Positions 19,067-28,900 of a stretch of 64,000 nt of DNA are shown in pieces. Position numbers and translations under genes: made by a program. Location: contig JBGSMD010000051.1 of NCBI GenBank assembly GCA_041740355.1, positions 32,001-96,000 of the forward strand, written 5' to 3'. The notes beneath the pieces were generated by a model, which did not search any database, was not told the origin of the DNA, and saw only the letters and a program-made list of their open reading frames with translations. Each line of letters begins with the position of its first letter. Position 1 is the stretch's first letter. This DNA comes from Bdellovibrionota bacterium (lineage in GTDB: Bacteria; Bdellovibrionota_C; UBA2361; CALJRW01).

Positions 19067-20365
19067 CTATTCCATGATTGCGATGCGAACTTTTTTAGTT
19101 TTTAGTCGGGTATTATTTAATTGCTGAACTAACTTTTTGGCTTTGGCTTTAGGAACAGCCACAAATGCGGAATCTTGCTTTAACTCAATTACTCCTAACT
19201 CGGCATCGGTTAATTTTCCTTGTTTAATAAATAATCCGGCAATATCTCCCTTGGAAATTTTATCTTTTCGACCTCCGGAAATATATAGCGTCTCCCAAAG
19301 ACTAGCGACTGGCACTCCGGCGGAGGCAAGTACTTCTTCCTTTAGATTTTTAATATAATTAGGAAGTGCTTCTTCTTTGGTTTTAATTAAATATGCCGTG
19401 CCCTCGCAATTCATTCTTGCCGTTCGACCATTACGATGAATAAACTCGGCCTCTTTCATAGGCAATTGATAATGGATAATAAAATCAAGTGCTGGAACGT
19501 CAATCCCCCGAGCCGCTAAGTCTGTTGCAATTAAAAACTTTTGCGTTCCATTTCTAAATTTAATTAAAGCACGCTCGCGATCAATTTGTTCAAGACCACC
19601 ATAGAAGCTCGCATGGTCAATTTTATTTTTGTGTAAGTAATCACTTAGTAACTGAATCGTCTCTTTGAAGTTACAGAAAATTATTCCATTTCCATTTCCT
19701 ACATGTGCTAATAGTTTTATCAAAGTTGGTAACTTATTAACTGCTGATGTTACCACCATCTTCAGGCTTAGCTGATCTTTAACATCAGTGAGATAATTAA
19801 TAACTTTAGGTTCTTTAATTCCGACAAACCTAGGGAGTTGGGTGGCCATTGTGGCGGAGGTTAAAATCTTTTTCTTGAGGTGAAGTGCAGACACAATTTC
19901 TTTCATCTCGCTTTCAAAGCCAACTTCTAAAGATTTATCAAATTCGTCTAAGACTAAAGTTTTAATTTGATCAATCGGCATGGTTTTGCGACGAAAATGA
20001 TCGGCAACTCTTCCCGGTGTTCCAATTAAAATAGCTGGTGGAGTCTTAAGCTCCATTTTGTCTTTAGAACTAGATTTGCCACCATAAACAGAATTAATTT
20101 TGTAGCCACTACCAAGTTCTCGACTTACCTGTTCGATTTGAATTGCCAGCTCTCTGGATGGCACAAGAATTAATACTTGAGTCTCTTGGATCTTGGGATT
20201 AAGACTAGCGATCACTGGTAAAAGAAAAGCTAGAGTTTTGCCTGTTCCAGTTGGTGATAAAAGAACGATTTCTGAATGGGAACTAATCACCTCGCCTGCT
20301 TCTAACTGCATCGGGTTAAGCTCAGCAATGCCAAGTTTTTTTATAATTGCGGATTGGTCTTTCAT
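19067..20365 (-). CDS. dbpA: DEAD-box RNA helicase with DbpA-type C-terminal RNA-binding domain
   Basis: PTGTGKT, PSRELA, DEFD, SAT, ARGID, HRNGRTAR; GGRKDKISKGDIAG. Confidence 0.88.
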   Translation of the reverse strand: MKDQSAIIKKLGIAELNPMQLEAGEVISSHSEIVLLSPTGTGKTLAFLLPVIASLNPKIQETQVLILVPSRELAIQIEQVSRELGSGYKINSVYGGKSSSKDKMELKTPPAILIGTPGRVADHFRRKTMPIDQIKTLVLDEFDKSLEVGFESEMKEIVSALHLKKKILTSATMATQLPRFVGIKEPKVINYLTDVKDQLSLKMVVTSAVNKLPTLIKLLAHVGNGNGIIFCNFKETIQLLSDYLHKNKIDHASFYGGLEQIDRERALIKFRNGTQKFLIATDLAARGIDVPALDFIIHYQLPMKEAEFIHRNGRTARMNCEGTAYLIKTKEEALPNYIKNLKEEVLASAGVPVASLWETLYISGGRKDKISKGDIAGLFIKQGKLTDAELGVIELKQDSAFVAVPKAKAKKLVQQLNNTRLKTKKVRIAIME

Positions 20366-20465
20366 TGATATATTAAATATTATTAGCTAGGTAATTTGAG
20401 GTACATTATTAACAGATTTTACTCTTATTGACTAAACTGGGCGAAAAGCCGACTGTTTAAGGTTT

Positions 20466-20666
20466 ATGTTAAGAAAAATTATTACTTTTCATCAAGATAG
20501 CGAAGAACACTGGGTGGCAGATTTAGATTGCGGGCATACGCAACATACTAGGCACCATCCTCCAATGTACAACAGAAGTTGGGTATTAACTTTAGAGGGC
20601 CGAGGCTCAAGGATTGGAACAGAATTAGATTGTCAAAGATGTGATGAAGAAACAACTTCCAATTAG
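20466..20666 (+). CDS. DUF3565-like small protein
   Basis: FHQDSEEHWVADLDCGHTQHTRHHPP...LDCQRCD. Confidence 0.75.
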   Translation: MLRKIITFHQDSEEHWVADLDCGHTQHTRHHPPMYNRSWVLTLEGRGSRIGTELDCQRCDEETTSN

Positions 20667-20680
20667 TAAAGTCAAACAAG

Positions 20681-21541
20681 CTAACTGAGGATATTTACTT
20701 TTTGATGCAGAGCTAAGATTGATCCGACGCCCGAAACAACTATGGCATTTTGTCCAAACATTACACCTCCTGACATCTTTCTAAAAGTTGCTAGTGTAGT
20801 AAGCGGCTCCCCACGTTCTGGAACAAGACTTGTTTGCTGATCAATAGTTGTTACTGAACACCTGGAACATGGTTTAGCAAATTGAATTACTGGGTCAGTA
20901 TCTAACTCTCCAAACTGCAGAGTTTTAATCTGATCTTCAAAAAAACCTTCTGCCCCACCTTTGATTACAATATTGGGTCGAAAGCGATCCATCTCCACTG
21001 GTAATTTTCCCTTGGAGACTAAGCGCTGATTCAAATTAACTAAGGATTCTTCTGTCGTCACAAGTAAGGGATAAGCATCTGCAAAATGTGTTGTTGCATT
21101 TTCTGACCCTAAGAATTCAGGATCGACTGGTCTTTTATAATCACTAGGAAATCTAACCAATAACAATCTTTGACCAACAGAATCTCCAAGCACACTAGTT
21201 AACCAAACACTTGCTTCAAGCCCTTCAGAAATTCCGATAGCTGGCTTGCGATGAATAACGATCTCTCTCAACTCTCCAGAAAGATTTTCCGCAAGTGGGA
21301 TGTGCAGATCCCCCATACCCTTTGCCGAAAGAATTAATTCCGAGCTACTTAGGGCAGTAGTAATAAGTGCCATCTCGGCAATTTTTCTTTGTGTGACAAA
21401 TTCTCCACCTTCTGTAACAACCATCCAGTGTCGATCATATTTAAGCCCTGTATCTAATATCTCTACCTTAGGAAGACTAATTCCAGCCAAGGATTTCACT
21501 GGATAAATCTTTAATTCGGTAATTTCTAATTGAGTAGACAT
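20681..21541 (-). CDS. MOSC-domain protein (YcbX-like)
   Basis: IYPVKS, DRHWMV, FADAYP, RFRPNIV, CSRC, FGQN. Confidence 0.92.
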   Translation of the reverse strand: MSTQLEITELKIYPVKSLAGISLPKVEILDTGLKYDRHWMVVTEGGEFVTQRKIAEMALITTALSSSELILSAKGMGDLHIPLAENLSGELREIVIHRKPAIGISEGLEASVWLTSVLGDSVGQRLLLVRFPSDYKRPVDPEFLGSENATTHFADAYPLLVTTEESLVNLNQRLVSKGKLPVEMDRFRPNIVIKGGAEGFFEDQIKTLQFGELDTDPVIQFAKPCSRCSVTTIDQQTSLVPERGEPLTTLATFRKMSGGVMFGQNAIVVSGVGSILALHQKVNILS

Positions 21542-21588
21542 AATTAGAATAATTATACGAGATTCATACTGCTAATCAAATAACAAAG

Positions 21589-21700
21589 ATATACTAAAAC
21601 CCATTAGGTTTTACTTAACTGCTTGGAAAAATGCATCCTACTTCGATGAAGCTTCGAAGGATAAGTATTGCATTTTTAGTTTATTGGGGTTTTAGTATAT
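21589..21700 (+). repeat. MITE-like element, family A copy 1 (ends ATATACTAAAAC...GTTTTAGTATAT), with a nested REP-like hairpin
   Basis: Terminal inverted repeats; homologous to 42301-42381 (inverted) and 43916-43998. Confidence 0.75.
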
Positions 21701-21712
21701 TTGTCCTCCCCA

Positions 21713-21838
21713 GTAATTAACCTTATTTTATAAGGTTAATTACCTTTGCGACCCCCGAAGGGTCGCAGCAAGCACTTCGTGCTTGATATACTAGGCAACT
21801 AAATTTGAAAGAGTAATTTTCAATGTTGCCTAGTATAT
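21713..21838. repeat. Four adjacent hairpins
   Basis: Stems at 21713-21743, 21747-21767, 21769-21785 and 21786-21838 (ATATACTAGGCAAC...GTTGCCTAGTATAT). Confidence 0.85.
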
Positions 21839-21849
21839 ATAAAATTAAT

Positions 21850-22473
21850 TTATTGACTTATGGCACTTCCAGTTACAGCCCAAGTACCTGAAGAAACAAC
21901 ACTACCAGCAGCTATTGAAGTAGCACGAATTTCAGCTCCAAATTTAGTCGCTGCATTAGTTCCAACTATAAATAGAGTAGAAAAATTGCGAGCCGTAAGT
22001 GAATCTGCAGTTTTATTACTTGCAATTACAAATGGAACAGTACTTCCGCCATCATTTCCCTCATAGATACAAAGAACTCCAGGTATCGCAGTTGGTGCAG
22101 AAGCGGTTCCTGTACAGTTAGAAGTTCTTGGATCGTCTTTTTCCAATACTTCAACAACTGGTGCTTCATCAAGTGCTATTTGAAAATCAATTTCCGATCT
22201 AAAGATCTGACTACCAGCAGTAGCTGTGCCACCAAGAGCATAAAAGCCAGTAATGGTTTCTCCACTAGGCAATGAAGTCTTAACTGGTTCAGCAGGAATT
22301 GCTAACTCAAATTGCTTTGGAGAACATTCATCTGTAGTAAAACGAATTGCCTTAACCATGTTGACTCTACCTGCAGCAGTAACTCTTGGTTTTTTCACAA
22401 CACAAATTCTTTCTGCTGATACAGAACCGACAAATAAAAAACAGCTTAAAATTAATAATGTATAACGCATCAT
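21850..22473 (-). CDS. Secreted hypothetical protein
   Basis: Signal peptide, Cys pairs, LPSGETITG...CTGTASAPTAIPGVLCIYE. Confidence 0.7.
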   Translation of the reverse strand: MMRYTLLILSCFLFVGSVSAERICVVKKPRVTAAGRVNMVKAIRFTTDECSPKQFELAIPAEPVKTSLPSGETITGFYALGGTATAGSQIFRSEIDFQIALDEAPVVEVLEKDDPRTSNCTGTASAPTAIPGVLCIYEGNDGGSTVPFVIASNKTADSLTARNFSTLFIVGTNAATKFGAEIRATSIAAGSVVSSGTWAVTGSAISQ

Positions 22474-22957
22474 ATTTCCTTTAATATAAATTTGACTCTA
22501 AGTTAGCACCTTATAGACCTCAGATAAATATAAATTAAATAAAGACAGGAGATTAATAATCAGATCATTAAGCTTTGACCAAAAAACTATCCTGATATGA
22601 CTATATAATGATACTCCTCGACAAAATTAGATCAAAAGCATTTAGCTTTGATCAAGCTATTTCAGCAAAAATAAATGTCTCAGAATTATTTTAAGTCAGA
22701 CAGTAATTCTAGCTGATCAAGATCATACCTTCCAATTTGATTATGTAAATATATCTAATAGGTAAAACAAGGCATCCGTGCTAATGTACAGACTGAATTA
22801 ACATTTCTAAATTGTTTACCAAAAACAGTACCGAAAACTTTTTGGATTCAAACTGTTAAGATTCAGAGTTTATATAAGACTAGTTTCAAATCATTAGCAC
22901 TTGATTGGTTACTGAAGTATTGAGCACAATTAAGTGAGCGATTCTTAGGAGTTAAAA

Positions 22958-25900
22958 TTGCAAAATGATACTAAGAAACAAATGCATGAGGATTTTCTCT
23001 CCGCAGAAACACCTTTATTCGAAATATCTGCAGGACTAAATTCCAACTACAGAGCAGATCGCCCACTTAGATCTGATGTCCTTTCCAAGGAAGAACTAAT
23101 CCAGTTCGCAGCAAATCTCGCTGATGGACATGAAATAGTTTTTTTTCATAAGGAAATTGCCAATATCTATCCACGCTTTGAGGATAATGCCCGAGTCCTA
23201 GAAGAATCTTATTTTATTCTAGCGAAAGGATTAAAAGAGAATTCACGGCTCTCCCCCGCGGGAGAATGGTTTCTAGATAATTATCACGTCATCGAACAGC
23301 ATATTCGTGAAATTCGTAAATTACTTCCAAAGAAGTATTATCGCAGCTTACCAGTCATAAAAAATAATAAAACTAAGCATAATAATCCTAAACCCAGAAT
23401 TTATATTTTAGTTTTAGCGCTCGTTGCTCATAGTGATTCTGTTGTGGACTCAGATTTACTATCGGCATTTATAAGCTCTTATCAGGAGAAGCTAGCTCTA
23501 ACGATCGGAGAACTCTGGGCATTGCCAATCATGCTGAGGCTAGCCTTAATAGAAAACTTACGGCGATTAGCGATCAGTGACTTAAAAGTTCAAGACGCCG
23601 AAAGAAAGATGCAAGGAATCATCGACAGTATTATCCATGAAGGACTTGAGAGCCCCACTCAAATTCTTTTGGAGTTGGCTGGCGCAATTAAAGCACAGGG
23701 CACCCTTTCCTCGTCAGATAGTGCTTCTTTAATCAGACAACTACGCGAAGCTGGACCCCAAACGGCCTTGGCGCTCAACTGGTTTGAGCAATGGTTAACT
23801 GAAAAGGGTCAGAACATAGATGAGCTTTTAGGAGAAGAATGGTTTAGTAAGGCTGCCAATCAGATATCTATCGGGAATAGTTTTACCTCTTTGAAGTCAA
23901 TCCTTCTAATTAACTGGAAGAAGTGGGTTGAAAAAAATAGTTTAGTAGATGAAATTTTAAAACAGGATCCAGCAGATATTTATTTTCGTTGTGATTTTGA
24001 AACTCGTAATCGTTATCGCTCCAAGATTGAGGGTTTGGCTCGTTCTTTAAAATGCTCTGAGATTGAAGTTGCCGAACGTTTAATTTCTTTTATCAGATCT
24101 AAAGAGCTTGAAATTACTGAGTCCTTAAAGGAAACTGACAAAGCCTCAGAAAAATATTTACACGTTGGATTTTATTTAATCGATGATGGCCTACAAAGCT
24201 TTGAACAATATTTGGGATTCTATTCAAAGTATCAAGCAATAACAAAAATTTTAAGTAAACGAGCCTTTGGACTTTACCAATATTCAGTTTTGTTGCTGAT
24301 TTTGACTTTCTTATTTGTCTGCATTTTTTATCTAAGTGATCTACAAGCCTCGCTCTGGTCAATTTCACTTTTAGGATTGTTACTTTTTATTCCAATTAGC
24401 GATCTGGCAATTAGTGTCATGAATTGGTCATTAACACATTTAGTACCGCCAAACGTTTTAGTTAAACTAGACTATTCTTCTGGTGTGCCTGAAAAATCTA
24501 AGACCCTAGTTGTTGTTCATACAATTTTTAGTAACAAAGTAAGTATTGCGAGCCAGGTGGAATTCTTGGAAGTTAGATATTTAGCCAACACTGACCCACA
24601 AATTGATTTTGCAATCCTTGCTGACTATGGGGAATCTTCTACTGAAGTAAAGGAAGAAGATCAAGATTTATTAGATTACGCCATCCAAAAGATTGCTGAA
24701 CTTAATAATAAATATTCTCCAGAACAAACTAAGTTTTTTCTTTTAACTAGAAAACGTGTTTGGAATACTTCCCAAAATAAATTTTTGGGATGGGAAAGAA
24801 AGCGTGGGAAGATTACGGAATTAAACTTACTTATTACCGGTGACCAACAAACAACTTTTATTGTTAACGTTGGAACAGCAGAATTGTTAAGGAAAATAAA
24901 GTATGTATTAACTTTAGACACTGACACCAGCTTACCTCATGGCACGGCACATCGCCTGATCGGAACCTTAGCTCATCCTTTAAATTTTGCTGAATTTGAT
25001 TCGAAGCTTGGCATTGTGACTAAAGGTTATGGGATCTTACAACCCCGTGTTGATATTTCTTTAACTAGCAGTTTGGCATCAAGATTTTCCAAGATCTTTG
25101 CTGGAGAGGGCGGAGTTGATCCATACACCATGGCAGTTTCCGATCTTTATCAGGATTTATTTTGCGAAGGTTCTTTTGTTGGTAAGGGCATTTATAATGT
25201 AGAAGTCTTTGAAAAAGCTTTAGCTGGAAGGGTTCCCGAGAATGCCATTCTAAGTCACGATCTTTTTGAAGGATTATTTGCGCGAGTTGGACTTGTAACA
25301 GATGTGGAACTATTCGATGAATTCCCTAAAGCATATCAATCGTTTGCCAGACGTCAGCATCGATGGGTTCGGGGAGATTGGCAATTACTTCCTTGGATGT
25401 TCAGAAAAATTCCCAATGAGAAGCGCGAGCTAGTCAGATCTCCACTTAATGGACTGGGGTATTGGAAGCTTATTGATAACCTAAGACGAAGCTTAATGGC
25501 ACCAAGTTGTCTGGCTTTATTACTACTCTCATGGTTCCTAAACTTTGGAGATCCACTCACTGTTACCGCTTTAATTTTGCTAGTTATTTCATTTCCAGTT
25601 TATGCCTCGCTAGCCAACACGGTAGTGTCTCCGCCAATCGGATTATCTCTCAGTGGTTACTTAAAGGATTTATTTAAAGGAGTGCTGCAGAATTTACTGC
25701 AAGTACTAATTATCTTTAGCACTCTTCCTGTCCAGGCTTGGTCGATGGTCAATGCTATTTCACTGACAGTTTTCCGACTTTATGTGTCTCGTAAAAATTT
25801 ATTAGACTGGGAAACTGCCAGTCAAGCCGATGCTAGATTGAAGTCGGGATTTCTTGCAACAATCTTTCAATTATTCCCGGCTATTTTTACTGGCATAGGA

Positions 25901-28900
25901 ACTTACTTTCTTTTGGAGATTAGTTTGTCTCCGAATCTAAATCAGGCACTTCCGGTGCTTTTACTTTGGACGCTTTCGCCTATCTTAATCTATTGGACTA
26001 GTTTCCCACCTAGAATTTTGAAATTTAAATTGTCAAAAGATGATTCCCTTCGACTCAACCAGTTTGCCTTGGAGAGCTGGAAGTTTTTTGAGCAACTTGC
26101 TAACGAGGAAAGTAATTTTCTAATACCAGACAATATTCAGTTGTACCCCCAGAAGGTTACAGCCTTTAGGACTTCGCCGACCAATATTGGACTGCACTAT
26201 TTGAGTATTATTACAGCTGTCGACTTAGGTTTAATCACTCTACCTAATGCTGTTTATAAATTAACCAAGTCACTCGAAACATTGAATCAATTAGAACGCT
26301 TTAATGGCCACTTCTTTAACTGGTATGATCTAAAAACTCTGATTCCCCTGGAACCCAGATACATCTCAACAGTTGATAGTGGTAACCTTGTTGGAAATTT
26401 AATTGTTTTAAAAAGTGCCTGTAACGAACTCTATCAACAGCCGATCGTTTCAGTAGTAAGACTAAGTAAACTTAAGCAGCTAATTAATAATGTCAGACAT
26501 CAGCAGTCAGAAATTAAAACATTTGCAGAGCTGTTTAACTTTTTCGATCAGATTGAACCGCTTCGGATAAATTATACGGAAGATGTTGGTGAGCTCTCCA
26601 GTGAAATGCTAGAAACAATCCATTCTGTTTTAGAATTTCAAAAACTCGCCCCATTACTTAATGGATTAAAAGAGTTCCTAAAAATCGCCGATAGTCTAAA
26701 TGACTCGGCAATTCATTTGGCGGAAAAATTAAAACTTAGCCCAATCTCAAGTCTGAAAGACCTCGTTCCAACTTATCAGCAGATAATTTTAGAAATCGAA
26801 AAATTTAATAATCAAAACTTAAAATTTTCCCTACAGGAGAGCCTGGATAACTGTCTGTTCCAAATTCAGCAGATAGAATTTATCCAAGAAGTTTGTACTA
26901 AATTAATTAGTGAGATTGATTTCCAATTTTTATACGATAAAACGAAAAAGCTTTTCTATATCGGATATCAGGTCTCAGAAGGTAAGTTTGATACATCTTA
27001 CTATGATCTGCTAGCTTCAGAATCTAGACTGGCATCTTTAATTGCCATTGCCAAGCGTGATGTCCCTCAAGAACATTGGTTTAGCCTTGAGCGACCACTT
27101 ACTAGAACAACTTCCGGAAAAGTATTGCTATCTTGGAGTGGTACGATGTTTGAGTATTTAATGCCAGTCTTATTAACTAAGAATTTTCCCAACACCTTAC
27201 TAAATGAAACTTATCGGGTGGTAGTGAATACCCAAAGGCAATATACCGCAGGTCTTGGAATTCCATGGGGAATCTCGGAATCTGCTTATGCGCGTGTTGA
27301 TTTTGAACATACCTATCAGTATCGAGCTTTTGGAGTCTCGGGACTAGGATTAAAACGTGGATTAGCAGAGGATCTAGTAATTTCTCCATATTCTACTTTT
27401 CTTTCCCTTCAAATAAATCCTCAGGCAGCTCTTACAAATCTAGCAATGCTCGAAGCATCTGGCCTAAGAGGCGAATTTGGATTTTACGAAGCAATTGACT
27501 ACACGCCCGATCGTTTAAATCAAAAGGAATCAGGGCACGTAATTAAATCTTTCATGGCACATCATCAAGGTATGAGCCTGCTGGCAATCAATAACTTGCT
27601 AAATAATAACATCATGCAAGAAAGGTTTCATAGCGATCCACTAATTAAGTCGGTCGAGTTATTGCTCCAAGAAAAGTTCCCCGAACGAAGTCCAATAACA
27701 ATTCCCCATCAAGCTGAAATTGGAAAATTGAAAAATGATGATCATCTCTTAACAACAGATCTTAGTGAGCTAATCACAACACCTCACACCGTTTTACCTA
27801 GAACTAGAATTCTCTCCAATGGTTATTACAATTTGATGATTGATAATGCCGGAAGTGGTTATAGCTTTTTGCCTGAGAATTATGCTTTAACTAGATGGCA
27901 AGAAGATTCGCTAAGAAATTATCATGGGAATTATATTTTCATTAAGGATCTTCACAGTAAAAAAATCTGGTCAACAAGCTATCAACCTACCAGGAAGGAA
28001 CCTGAAATTTATGAAGTAATATTTAATGCCGATAAGATTGAATTTAAACGGCGTGACTATGACATTTTTCTACACACCGAGATTACTATATCCCCTGAGG
28101 ACCACACTGAAATTAGAAAAGTTACAATCACCAACTTGTCACGTCGTCGTCGAAATCTGCAGTTAACAAGCTTCTCTGAGATTGTACTTAATCGCATAAA
28201 TGCTGACGAGGTCCATCCTGCTTATTCTAAACTTTTTATTGAAAGTGAGCTTGTTGAGGATTTAGATGCCTTAGTTTTTAAACGGCGCAAGCATGCTCCG
28301 AACGAGCCTGACCTATACTTTTTGCACATGCTTAGTATGAACCAAGTCTGGGGTCCAACTGAATATGAAACAAATCGTGAAGCATTTGTGGGACGAGGAC
28401 GAAACAATAATACTCCTATGATTTTTGACAATGATGAACCACTAAGTGGTAAAACTGGAAATGTACTTGACCCGATTGCCAGCTTACGAACTCGCGTGGA
28501 GATTGAACCAAATAAATCGGAGACAGTGACTTTCTTAAATATTATTGGTCGAACCAAAGAAGATGTTGTCTCCCTTGCCCATCGCTACCAAGACCCTCGT
28601 AGCATTAAGCGTTCTTTTGAAATGGCCTGGAGTAAAAGTAATATTGAATTTCGTACTGCGCAAGTATCGGTTAAACGAACTCATTTATTTCAACACTTAG
28701 CCAACGCCTTATTCTTTCAACATTATAAATTTAGAGCTGAGTCCATAATAATAGCCAAGAATCGTTTAGTTCAAGCCAACCTATGGCGCTTTGGAATTTC
28801 GGGCGACTTGCCGATAGTTTTAGTTAAGATTGGTGACAGTTCCCATTTAGAATTAGTTGCTGAACTACTTAATGCCCATAAGTATCTTGCTAATCGATCC

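Noticed and set aside
21589-21838. Known riboswitch or tRNA
   Set aside because: No cloverleaf or aptamer consensus recognised; dispersed copies favour a repeat element, though Rfam was not run
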